The notes under the pieces are model-generated. The model saw nothing but the letters and a program-made list of their open reading frames with translations, did no database searches and had not been told where the DNA came from. Of a stretch of 64,000 nt of DNA, positions 52,794 through 64,000 are shown piece after piece (within the stretch, counting starts at the first letter, position 1; each line of letters starts with the position of its first letter). The stretch is from Octopus vulgaris (taxonomy: Eukaryota): assembly GCA_951406725.2 (NCBI GenBank), contig OX597822.1, positions 81,964,001 through 82,028,000 of the forward strand. The letters are read 5' to 3'. Position numbers and translations under genes: made by a program.

Positions 52794-53667
52794 AATATAC
52801 TGTATTAACAAATATATATTCTCCTTCATTAAGACACTAAGATATAATTTGAGGGAGATTTAGCTACTATTTCTAGCCGGTTGATGATTCAATCAACCAC
52901 ATAAAATAGCAGCTGTTTTTTTACTCATATCATATCCTGCTGCTTCAAAACATTAAATAATTTAACCGTAGGGATGTTGTGGTTATAATGCCTTTTCCCA
53001 TAGATCTGTCTGCTCAGCCAGTCTAGCTTGTAGACTAAACAACAAAAAATAAACACCACCACCAACATCACTACCAACACCACCCCTACCTGAAATTTAA
53101 TATACCACCCCACCCCCATCATTTCCTCCCTCCCCACCACCACTAGAGAATAAGAGGAAGGAGGAGATAAAGGAACAGAGATTTAAGTATCAGTTTACTG
53201 AGAAGAGATGCAGTGGAAGCAGGGTGGGGTGGGGGAAGGAGGTGAACTGAATATAAATAACATTAGAAAAGAAAAACAGTACTTCCCTACCCATGCACTC
53301 GGCTACCTGGGTCTTCGCAACCTTGATGAAACCGACAACGGGGTGGGGCAGCAGAATTTTGGGAGAGTGAAATGTAAATAACCTGCAATGAAATGGTAGA
53401 TTATAAACAATGCTAATCCTTTCTACTGTATTTGAAATTTGGTGGGAGGGAGAGGTTGAGTTCATTGACACCAGTTTTTGACTGGTACTTAATTTATCAA
53501 CCACCTCGCCCACCCCATCCCGAAAGGATGACCGGCAAAGTCAACCATGACAGCATTAGAAGTCAGGATCTAAAAATAGACAAAATGCTTGTCTCAGCAT
53601 TGTAACAATTTTGCCAGTTCACTATTATAATAATAATAATAATAATAATAATGATAATAATAATAAT

Positions 53668-53957
53668 TGGAATGATAGCAAAAGGGGCTGATTGCAACTT
53701 AGCTCAGATACCACGAAACCCCAAAATGGCAGGAATTCAAAAGATAGTGCGCATAAGAACTGCCCATATCCTACATAAAATACTGTCTATGTAATTTCAA
53801 ATTTTAAAACAGCCTCATAATTTTCTTAAACATTCTCTAGAACAATACTATCTACAAAACCAAATATAACACATGAACTTCTACCTTGTTGTTTCTTGAG
53901 GTCTCTGGGTGAGACTTGGAGTCAACTTGTACAAATACAAAGCAAAAGTCAAACATA
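53668..53957 (+). mobile_element. 5'-truncated R4/Dong-type element in a (TAA)n tract
   Basis: GMIAKGADCNLAQIPRNPKMAGIQKIVRIRTAHILHKILSM* (53669-53794), an RLE C-terminus, flanked by (AAT)n on both sides. Confidence 0.7.
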
Positions 53958-54367
53958 TAATAATAATCTTTTCAACTCTAGGCACAAGGCCAGAAATTTT
54001 GGGGTAGTTAGTAGGGTAATCAATTAGATCAACCCCAGTATGCAACTGGTACTTAATTTATCGACCTCAAAAGGATGAAAGGCAAAGTCGACCTCGGCGG
54101 AATTTGAACTCAGAACTTAAAGACATTAAGCATTTCACCCGGCATGCTTAGGTTTCTGCCAACCTGGCACCTTAATAATGATGATAATAATAATAATAAT
54201 AATAATTCGTTCTACTATGGGCACAAGGGCAGCCATTTTGGGGGTCTAGTTGATTATATTGACTCCAGTGTTTCACTGGTACTATGGTTTATTGACCTCG
54301 AAAAGATGAAAGGCAAAATTGACCTCGGCAGAATTTTAACTGAGTGTAACGACAGCCTTATTATAAA

Positions 54368-54758
54368 TCTATATATATATAAAGCTGAAGTTGTCTGTGT
54401 ATGGCAGGTTTGGTAGCCTTCAACTAACACTATCTCCTCCAAGACCCTGCGGCACAAGTTGACCAAAATTGAGAGTATGATAGAAGAAGGCATGCTCTTC
54501 ATTCCATAGAAGAAAAAATTCAAATCGGACTATGTTAACACCAAAAATTATTCACATCAAAAAGGTGCTTTTTTCTATGAAAATCCCTATTTTTTACGAG
54601 TTTTTGACTGCTGTGTCGCCATTTTTCGGTGTATTTCAACCAGAAAAATGTTCACTTAAAGAGAATAACAAGCTACATAATGCAAAATTTTTACTTTTCA
54701 AAAATTCCAATTCTAAAGGGTTGAAACAAACCCAAGCAATGCTGAGCAATACTGCTAG
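54368..54758 (+). mobile_element. non-autonomous Helitron-like element
   Basis: Starts A|TCTATATATA..., ends with a degenerate hairpin followed by CTAG. Confidence 0.65.
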
Positions 54759-55464
54759 CAATAATAATAATGGTTTCAAATTTTTCCACAAGGGCAGCCA
54801 CTTTGGGGAAGGGGATAAGTCGATTATATAGATCCCATTGTTCCACTGGTACTTAATTTATTGACCCCCGCCGAAAGGCAAATTTGACCTCAGCAGAATT
54901 TGAACTCAGAACGTAGTGAAATAACATTAAGCACTTTGCCTGGCTTGCTAATGATTCTGCCAGCTTGGTGCCTTATTATAAATAATAATAATAATAATCT
55001 TTTCTATTTTAGGCACAAAGCCTGAATTTTGGGTGGAGAGCATAGTCAATTACATGGACCCCAGTTGCTTAACTGGTAGTTATTTTATGACCTCCCCCAC
55101 CCACGAAAAGGAAGAAAGGTCAAGTTGAGGTCATTAGGATTTGAACTCAGAATGTTATGCCAGAAGAAATGTTGCTAATATTTTACCTGGCACCATAACA
55201 ACTCTGCCAGCTTGATGCCTTAATAAGAATAATAATAACAATAATGTTAATACTGGTTTCAAATTTTGGCACAACGCCAGCAATTTCAGGGGAGAGGAAT
55301 AGTGAATTACATTAACCCCAGTACATAACTGGTACTTATTTTATCATCCCTGAAAGTATGAAAGGTAAAGAATCTTGGCAGAATTTGAACTCAGAACATA
55401 AAAACAAATGAAACATTGCTAAACATTTTGCCCAGCATGCTAACAATTCTGCCAGTTCATTACC

Positions 55465-55499
<35 letters not shown>

Positions 55500-56969
55500 C
55501 ATTTAATGTTGTTTTCCATGCTAGCATGGGTTGGACAGTTTGACTGAGGTGTGGAGAACCACTGGCTACACCAGGCTCCAATCTGATCTGGCAATGTTGC
55601 TACAGTTGGATGCCCTTCCTAATGCCAACCACTCCGAGAGTGTAGTAGATGCTTTATATGTGCCACAGGAGCCAGTCTGGCGAGCCTGGCATGAATCACG
55701 TTCGGATAGTGCTTTTTATGTGCCACCAGCATGGGAGCCAGTCAGGGGGTACTGACATCAGCCACGTTCAGATGGTGCTTTTTACTTGCCACCAGCATGG
55801 GAGATAGTCAGGGGACACCAGCATCGACCATGTTTGGATGATGCATTTTACGTGCCACTGGAACAGGAGCCAGTTAGGGGGTACTGGCCACAGCTAGATT
55901 TTGGTTTTACTTGACTCAACAGATCTTCTCAAGCATATTCTATCACCTGACGCATCAAGGGTACTCTTAAATGGACCAGACATGTAACACTGGCATTGGC
56001 CATGGTTGCAATCTCACTTTAGTTTCCAGGTCATCTCAAGCACAGCATATCTCCAAAGGTCTCGGTCTCAATAATTACTAGGCTTCAAATATTTTACCCC
56101 AGTGTTTGATGGCATGCACTGTTCTTTCACTCAACAATAATGATAATAATAATTATAATATAATAATTATTATTCTACTCTAGGCAGAAGACTTTGAAAA
56201 TTTTTGATTATATTGACCCCCAATGGTACTTATTTTATTGACCCCAAAAGGATGAAAGGTAAAGTCGACCTCAGCGGATTTGAACTCAGAATGTAACAGC
56301 AGACAAAATACTGCTAAGAATTTGGATCAGCATGCTAATGATTCTGCCAGCTAATTACCTTAACAACAATGATGATAATAATAACAATAATAATAGTTTC
56401 TGTTTTTTTTTTTTTTTTGTTTGGTACCAAAGAAATGGATGAATGAAGCCACATAAACAAAGTGAAAATGTGTGACTGTAAGAAGGGGGCAGGAGTAAAA
56501 AATATGGCAGATAAATAAACACACAGCTTCCCCAAAACAACAGACAGCCACTTGAGGCTAATTAATGTACCCTACATAAAATTAGGGGCACCCATCCTTC
56601 CAGTTTTTTTTATCTCCTCATCATCACTGTTGCCACTTCCACCACCACCACCACTATGACAAGTATTGGACGAGGTGCCAGAGGGATGTTGCAAACCGAA
56701 GAAGTCTGACGAAACATATACATGTTTAAATTGAAGATAACATACATACTAGACTAGATATCCATCCCCCACCTTCTCCACACCCCATGTACAAGCTGAG
56801 ATATCTTCCCCTTTACTACCATCTCTCTCTCTCTCTCTTGCTTTATCTCTTTCATTCTCTCCCTCTCTACGTCTCAACTTACAGCTCAGCTTCACTTACC
56901 TTCTACCAGAAAGTTACTAAAACATCCACTGCAATTCTTTGACTTACCTGTCTAACTTACCTGTTCTCC

Positions 56970-57797
56970 CTATATATATCTACACACACACATACACACA
57001 CACACACACATTCATACACACACACACATGCATTCATACACACACACACACATACACACATTCATACACACACACACATGTGTGTGTGTCTGCCTATCCA
57101 TTTCACTGACTCCATCCGTCATGTTCTCATCCACTCCTCTCCAAATGATGGTAGCCGTGATGCCTTACCATTTACCTTTGAGTCGTACAACTCATGCCAC
57201 CATTACTATCAAAACAATTGCTCAACCCACTAGAAATAGGAGCTAAATCTACCTCAAATTAAAAAAATACCTCAGACAATTTCAGATTGTATAGTGAACG
57301 AGTTGATAAGTCATCAAAATAATTAATTCCAGATAAATCAGATGGGGTGGTCATTTTAGGAACGTCGTTGGTCTTAGGTCCACTTGGTGACATAGTCTGA
57401 CATGGGACTAGTAAACAACAAAAACAACAAGACCATTAACACTCATACCATGGATACCACCACCATCACCACCACTATCACTACCACCACCATTGCCACT
57501 ACCACCATCGCCATCATTATTGTGGATGCTGCTTGCAACATATGTGTGTCGGGTGAGGTGGGTTGTAGGTTGGTGGGGGTGGAGTGTGCATGGATGTGTA
57601 TGGGGTGGGGTGGGGGGGAATGGATGTATACGTGTCAGAATGCATGTATGTAGGTGTGTGCAAAGGTAACGGAATGTGTGTGTGTTTGTGTGTGTGTGCG
57701 TCTTCATAGTATTAGTAAGTGTTCAGATGAATGCAGGTAAGTCTGTGTGTGTGTGTTTATAAGTAGGTATATGTATGTATACATAAACACCTCTGTA

Positions 57798-57830
<33 letters not shown>

Positions 57831-58067
57831 TCATGTATGTGTATGTATATATATAAAGGCATGTATGTATATGTATTTGTGAGACCTTGTATACATATGT
57901 TAGAATGTATAGCGATATATAAATATACACATTGTGTTTAGTATTTATGTGTGTGTGTGTGTTTGTACATGTGTGTATGCAGGAGTGTGTTGATATTATG
58001 GGATGGAAAATGTAGACAGGTAGACAGAAAGAAGAGAGATGCCAGTGCTTATAAGGGGAGGGGGTGT

Positions 58068-58112
<45 letters not shown>

Positions 58113-58431
58113 GACATATACACACAAAGAAAATGACAAAGGTAAAAGCAGAGAAATAAAAATAGAGAAAGATAATGATGCAAAGAGAATGTGTGTGTGT
58201 GTGTGTATGAGAGAGAGAGAGAGAGAAATAGAGAGAGAGAAATAGAGAGAGAGAAAGAGAGAGAGAGATGCTTACATACTTAGATTAAGAAATTGAGAAA
58301 GTGATATAGTAAGCATGTGTATGTATATATATTGTAAATTTGTATAAGTATGATAATATATATGTATCTATATATGCGTGTGTGCATGACAGAGAGAGAG
58401 GGAGAAAAGAGAGAGTGAGAGAGAGAGAGAG
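56970..58431. repeat. microsatellite and low-complexity zone ((CA)n, (ACC)n, (TG)n, (TA)n, (GA)n)
   Basis: Direct inspection. Confidence 0.85.
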
Positions 58432-58440
58432 ATTACTAAA

Positions 58441-58505
58441 CACGTGCTTCCTGTAAAGTGATTGGAGTGAGAAAAAGAGACATACTGAGGTTGCTACGGC
58501 AACCT
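58441..58505 (+). promoter_or_regulatory. putative promoter: E-box, CCAAT box, RFX X-box
   Basis: CACGTG 58441-58446, ATTGG 58461-58465, and GTTGCTACGGCAAC 58490-58503 (near the X-box consensus GTTGCCATGGCAAC), clustered ~130-190 nt upstream of an ATG exon. Confidence 0.55.
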
Positions 58506-58633
58506 GAAGAAATTTTGGAAACTCTCAGAAGTTCTGTGTACATTTACCCACACACACACACATATATAGGGAACTTTGGTGTTTCTATTTTGTGCTGTGC
58601 CAGAGAATATTGGTAAAAAAACCCAGCAACAAC

Positions 58634-58702
58634 ATGGATTACATACACGACATGAGAAAGTCACTTTTGAAGTACCATTTTGTAAAAGACCTTGGGAAAT
58701 CT
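58634..58702 (+). CDS. putative first coding exon of an unidentified second gene
   Basis: AACAAC-ATG-G start context; MDYIHDMRKSLLKYHFVKDLGKS; strong donor |gtgagt, phase 0; no family recognised. Confidence 0.45.
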
Positions 58703-60555
58703 GTGAGTAATGAGAGGCTCTGAAATATTTAACTTGCTTTTTCTGTTTTCCCCAACTGAATCACATTTTTCCTTTACACAAACCACACACATTTCACACT
58801 TTCTTTACCCAAATTACACATCCCACCCAAATTTCTTTCTTTACCCAAATTACACATCTTTCTGTCTGAATGCTTTGATTTTATTGAGTTTTTTTTTTTT
58901 ATTCCATTTTGTGTAACTTTTCCTTGGATCTTTCTCGTGTGGACACAGACTTAGTTGAGCAGTTTAGAAGTTTGCTTCCCAATCACAAAGTCCTGGGTTC
59001 AATTCCACTGTGTGGAATCTTGTACAAGTATTTTACCATAGTTTCAAGCTGACTTAAGTTTCATGAATGAAACTGAATGAAATCGTGTGGCAGTTTGCTG
59101 GGTAGATGGTACCCGTGGCTCAAAGGGCCAACTTTATTACACTGATCTAAACTGAAAATCCCATTAAGGGTATGTATGCCTGTAGAATACTTGCCAATTT
59201 ATATCCAAATTTGATGGTTTCAATTAACTGCATAACTCAGAACTCATTATTGAAACCAAGAGAGAGGATCTATGATTTTCCTCCTTAATTGTCAAGTCCT
59301 AATTAATTAATGTTACACTGATTAGCAAAGGGACCTACATAGTTTCTACAAAATCCTTAACATTACATTGGGTCAATTGTCAATAAATTGCTGTCTCTTA
59401 GACAAGTCTGGTCTGCTGAGTTGTAAATGAAACCATCTGACCTGCTAGAAACAACTGAGAAATCTCCCTCAAATCAACTTTCTTTAAATATTAAAGCGAC
59501 ACATTGGATAATAAATTCCAAGAGGTGCAAGCTAGAGTAAACCAACAAAATAAAAAGGACATACTGCCTTAATCCCTTCATTTGGCTCTCCTCTCACTTA
59601 CTCTCCCATTTTCCCCACTTGTCTCTATTTACTGATTCCCCCTCTCTCTATTTCTTTCTCATTCAACTTTATCTTCCTTCCACTCGTTCTCACACTTATT
59701 TCACCTTACTCTCCTCCTACTTAGTTCCTCAATCTCTTCATTTTTCTCCTATTTCCTGCTTCACCTTCTCACTATACTTGCTCTTCTCCTCACTCTTTCA
59801 CTTGACTCTCCTCCTACTTCTCTCGTGTCATCCACTTCCTCTCTTACTCAACTCATATTCCTACCTCTGACTGTCCCTCCTCTGTCAAACTGACCAACTG
59901 ACATATTGTTGTGCTGAGAGGAAAAGAAACAGCTGCCATTGTGAGGAGAGTTCTTTACTGTCAGGAACACATGGGATGGCCATGTGGATTGGGTGTAAGA
60001 GCTGTTAGCCATAGATCATCATCATCAACATCATTGTTTTAGAATCCACTTTTCCATACCTGTATGGCTCAAATGGAGTTTATTGAGGTAGAGTTTCTGA
60101 GGTTGGATGCCCTTCCTGTTGCTAACCCTTGCATGTTTCCAAGGAAGATAATGCTTCCCCATGGTCAGATATATTTTTAGTAGAATATTAGAAATGAATG
60201 ACATTCATTTAGAACAATCACATCACTATCAAGACAAGGAAACACAAACGTACATACACACTCACTCACACACAGGCTTCTTTCAGTTTCCATCCACAGA
60301 ATCTACTCACAAAGCCTTGGTCAGCCTGGGGCTATAGTAGAAGATACTTGTTCAAGCCACCACACATTCAGATTGTACCTGAAGTCATGTGATTGGGAAA
60401 CAGACTTCTTAATCAAACAGTCACACCCACACGAACACCTCAACAGTTTGTTTTGATTCCAGGTGTATCATCTGACTCTGCTCTGCCACATGTCCTCCAA
60501 TCATTCAGGAATATCTTAAAATTCCATGTTATAATACAAGAACAACCCCAACCAA

Positions 60556-61156
60556 TTATTTACATTCGATTGATGGATATTTGTCCTCATCTTGTTTGTT
60601 GTTAACATGTTTTGACTGGTGTACTCCCAGCCTTCTTCAGGTGTCCTGGGGAAATTTCAAACCTGGGTTCTCATTCCTAAGGTATTTTCCGATGTTATTA
60701 CTATTATTACTATTATTATTATTCAGGTTACTGCCTGGAATCGAACTCGGAATCTTGGTGTTAGTAACCTGTGCTCTTAACCACTACGCCATATGCCCGA
60801 AGAAAGGATAGGAAAATATTAGATTTATTATAAGTCTTAAAATTCACTTCATAATTGCCCACGGGCATATGGCAGCTCACAGGTATATGGCATAGTGGTT
60901 AAGAGAGTGGGCTACTAACCCCAAGATTCCGAGTTCGATTCCAAGCAGTGACATGAATAATAACAATAATAACAACAACAACATCAAAAAATGCCTTGAG
61001 AATGAGAACCCAGGTTCAAAATTTCCCCAAGACACCTGATGAAGGCTGGAGGGTACATCAACCGAAACGTTGTGTTAACAACAAATGAGATGAGGACAAA
61101 TATCCGTCAAATGTAAAATAATGTAAATAATTCTTCATCTTTCATATATAGAACTG
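60556..61156. mobile_element. inverted-dimer tRNA-head/hammerhead element, locus 3 (nested in an RTE fragment)
   Basis: Both arms have tRNA-like heads; degenerate TSD aaccccaaccaat (60544-60556) / aaccccagctaaat (61157-61170). Confidence 0.85.
61029..61076 (+). ncRNA. minimal type-I hammerhead ribozyme motif (best-preserved copy)
   Basis: AAGACAC-CTGATGA-AGGCTG-loop-CAACC (CAGCC in other copies)-GAAAC-GTT|GTGTT. Helix I GACAC/GTGTT, helix II GGCTG/CAGCC, helix III replaced by the palindrome AACGTT; predicted cut after 61071. Confidence 0.7.
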
Positions 61157-61650
61157 AACCCCAGCTAAATTCTCAATGGCAGGTATGGAAGATGGCTTCC
61201 TGTTACGAAGTTGGCCAACACTCTGCCAGAATACTTTACTGACCAATCTAAAGTCACAGTCCTGCTTGACCCCCTTTGCTTTGGATGTTTTTACTGTTTC
61301 TGTTTCACACTTCAATGTGCCACCTGTATGGAGGGGAAGACTTCTTTTCGAGCTAACCTTTGTAAGACCTCTTTCTTAGCTTCGATGGCATTTTTAGCCC
61401 CATCATTAAACCAATGGATTGTTTGTCCCCACAGCGAGTCACTTTCATCCACAATATTATACAGCTGAAGAAGAAACTCTTAAACAAAACAATCTCCACC
61501 CCAATTTGACATCCTGATTTTGTTCAGGAAAATCTCAAAATAAGGATGTCTCGGCAATTTTAGTTTTTGATTCCACCATCCAACAGGGTTTCCCATTTTA
61601 TCCTATAAGTTTCACTGGACCTGCCTGTTTGGTGGGTTTTTCCTGTTATA

Positions 61651-62146
61651 TGGGGTCATCCCATAAACAATGCAGTTTTTTTCAGTTGCATGAACTAAAA
61701 GTCAGAGGAGGACGGGATAAACTACCTGCATCAACTTGTTATAAAAGCAGGTAGTAATTTTACCTTGTGCTTATTCTTAGTGCAAGTTTTGGAGAGTGCA
61801 GTTTGATTTTAACAGTTAATTTTCAAAGCTATAATGGAAGTGACGAAGGAGCATATTCAGCATATTTTGCTTTATGAGTTCAACAAAGGCAACAATGCAA
61901 TGGAAAGTGCAAGGAATATTAATGCAGTACATGGGGATCGGACAATAAGTGTAAGCCAGTATCAACGGAGGTTCTGGAAATTCTAAGCCAGAAACTACAG
62001 CCTAGGAGACGAGCTTTATCCTGGAAGATCTACAGATCTCAACGAGAATGTCCTGCAAACCCTGATGGAACAAAATCCCACTGTAACTGTTGAGGAACTA
62101 GTAGAAAAGCTTGGGTTTGGTCATTCAACCATTCATTGACACCTAC
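61651..62146 (+). pseudogene. mariner transposon 5' fragment
   Basis: Begins after TA. From ATG 61834: MEVTKEHIQHILLYEFNKGNNAMESARNINAVHGDRTISVSQYQRRFWKF*ARNYSLGDELYPGRS...LGFGHSTIH*HL, a mariner HTH region with stops. Confidence 0.85.
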
Positions 62147-62206
62147 ACTAGAAGAAAATCACTGTATCATAGTGGTTACATCAATTTTATATTATATGTT
62201 CTTCCT

Positions 62207-63345
62207 TTATGAGCAGGGTGGGCTACTGGACATGAAGAAAATTTTAACTGAGCCACATCTGAAAGGTCATGCACTGTATATCTTGATATAAGGTCATTAT
62301 ATCACACCCATATGGTTATGATGTATGTGCCTAATGTACCCTTATCCAACCAGTAGTCGAGATGGGTATATTTGGCTTTGTATATTTGTACCCCAGCATC
62401 ACTTTTTGTTCTCTCATGCAAAATTAATAGTAATAACAACAACAATAATAATACAGTTCTATATTTAAGGGATGAGGAATTATGTATATTATTTACTTTT
62501 GACGGATATTTGTCCTCATCTTGTTTGTTGTTAACACAACATTTCGGCTGATATACAAACCTTCATCAAGTGTCTTGGGGAAATTTTGAACCTGGGTTCT
62601 CATTCCTAAGGTATTTTCGATGTTAGCAAAGAGAGCCCAGGTTCAAAATTTCCTCAAGACACCTGATGAAGGCTGGAGGGTATATCAGCCGAAGCGTGTT
62701 AACAATGAACAAGACAAGGACAAATATCCGTCAAATGTAAATAATTTCCTCAAGACACCTGATGAAGGCTGGAGGGTATATCAGCCGAAACATGTTAACA
62801 ATGAACAAGACGAGGACAAATATCCGTCAAATGTAAATTTCCTCAAGACACCTGATGAAGGCTGGAGGGTATATCAGCCGAAACATGTTAACAATGAACA
62901 AGACGAGGACAAATATCCGTCAAATGTAAATAATGTAAATAATAATAGCCCTGATGCAGTATCAGACAGTGGCTTTCATGGCTTTTAATCTTAACTGACT
63001 GGAAGTGTTATCATGTACATTGTTTTGTCTTGGTATAAAAGATGGGCTACAGCAAATATTCTGCTCAATAACACAGATTTGCTTATCAGTTGTATGACCT
63101 TAACCAGTTGAGCATGTCCCTTAGTGGCTGACGATATGTGCATCTCTGATCATGAGCAAAAGTAGTCGGGGAGCATCATAGCCATGTGTTGAGAGGGATT
63201 CTTTGAGGTTTGAAAAATTCACCTCTGGAAACATGGGTATTTTGATTATCCTCCTTAAAACAACCCTTATTCAGGGACCTTTTGAGCAAAATGAGCTACT
63301 CAACTGAAAAAAATTCTAACTGGGCCCCACCTGCAAGGTCATGCT
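62207..63345 (+). mobile_element. two tandem partial copies of an (AAT)n-tailed retroposon hosting hammerhead locus 4
   Basis: 62207-62272 is repeated at ~63280-63345; the 3' end recurs at ~56076-56165. Confidence 0.55.
62454..62941. mobile_element. inverted hammerhead element, locus 4, with three tandem ribozyme units
   Basis: Minus arm 62454-62625; plus arm with CTGATGA at 62663, 62759 and 62852 (periods 96 and 93 bp); inserted in (AAT)n. Confidence 0.85.
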
Positions 63346-63975
63346 CTCTCTCTCTCATGCACACATTTATATATATATATATATGTGTGTACATATAACC
63401 AGCCCACTCAAAAGTACCTTGGATCATAGGGTGATATGTCATTCTTGAGGAGACCTATTGAGTCAAGTACATTAAAACCAAAATCAAATGGAAATTGTAG
63501 TTGTGATCCTTGTGCCAGTGGCATGTAAAAAACACCATCCGAACATGGCTGATGCCAGCACAGCTTTAACTGGCTTCTGTGCCGGTGGCCCATAAAAAGC
63601 ACCCACTACACTCTCGGAATGGTTGGCGTTAGGAAGACCATCCAGCTGTAGAAACACTGCCAAATCAGACTGGATCCTAGTGCAGCCTCCTGGCTTCCCA
63701 GACCCCGGTCGAACCATCCAACCCATGCCAGCATGGAAAATGGACATTAAACTACTATGATGATGATGATGATGATATATATATATAAATAAATAAATAC
63801 ATAAATGGAGTTAAACGCAGGTGTTATTCAAATTCATCTCCAACATATGTTTCGAAGACAACATTGGTATTATTCCAAAGGAATTCTGTTAAAATGTCTT
63901 ATTGATGAGTTTGGTTTTTTTCTTTCTTTCCCTGATGAGAATGTTACATTGTTTTACACTATTTTATTCCTTTAG

Positions 63976-64000
63976 AATAATACCAATGTTGTCTTCGAAA
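63976..64000 (+). CDS. candidate second exon of that gene (runs off window)
   Basis: Polypyrimidine tract ...ttttattcctttag| then AAT AAT ACC AAT GTT GTC TTC GAA (NNTNVVFE), open in phase 0. Confidence 0.3.

Larger units (their letters stand above)
53413..56360 (-). repeat. array of seven co-oriented family B SINEs separated by (AAT)n, with nested elements
   Basis: Copies at ~53413-53625, 53965-54172, 54205-54350, 54770-54975, 54997-55222, 55253-55467 and 56172-56360. Confidence 0.8.
60440..61600 (-). mobile_element. RTE (Expander/Rex3-like) LINE relic interrupted by hammerhead element locus 3
   Basis: Minus-strand peptides GQTIHWFNDGAKNAIEAKKEV and DFRLVSKVFWQSVGQLRNRK...AIENLAGV|VLVL continue across the insertion. 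Confidence 0.6.

Noticed and set aside
60463-61182. Apparent plus-strand exon (ttccag|GTGTATCA...GGCAG|gtatgg) split by the hammerhead element
   Set aside because: Its phase is incompatible with the 58634 exon, and the minus strand is better explained as an RTE LINE relic.
62641-62941. CRISPR-like array
   Set aside because: Units repeat in full with no unique spacers, the context is eukaryotic, and there are no cas genes.
62620-62988. 122-aa ORF with a triple repeat (KTPDEGWRVYQPK...)
   Set aside because: It is a translation of the tandem hammerhead units. Related copies have indels and stops, and conservation fits RNA structure rather than codons.
62948-63010. CCTGATGCAG at the start of the (AAT)-tailed repeat as another ribozyme
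   Set aside because: The core is CTGATGC with no helix II or GAAA, and I could not fit an HDV-like fold by eye.

Overview
AT-rich, repeat-dense eukaryotic genomic DNA. The SINE, RTE-tail and microsatellite repertoire suggests a cephalopod (Octopus-like) genome, which is an inference. The first half holds 14 plus-strand coding exons (4979-33506) that splice in frame through GT-AG introns into about 477 aa of a NOSTRIN-like F-BAR/HR1/SH3 protein. Its N-terminal exon(s) lie upstream of the window, and its ~2.3 kb 3' UTR ends near 35.8 kb. A probable second gene starts at ~58.4-58.7 kb (E-box, CCAAT, RFX X-box, short ATG exon), with a candidate second exon at the window end. The rest is a mosaic of tRNA-derived SINEs, RTE, CR1 and R4/Dong-type LINE fragments, piggyBac, hAT and Tigger MITEs, Helitron-like elements, and mariner/Tigger relics. 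The most interesting signal is a non-coding element family present at four loci. It combines a tRNA-like Pol III head, an (AAT)n linker and a minimal type-I hammerhead ribozyme, and inserts as head-to-head inverted dimers, some with target-site duplications or tandem ribozyme units (Penelope/retrozyme-like). Two unrelated long palindromes also carry hammerhead-like cores. Nearly all ORFs in the supplied track are spurious. Repeat coordinates are approximate, while exon coordinates were checked base by base.
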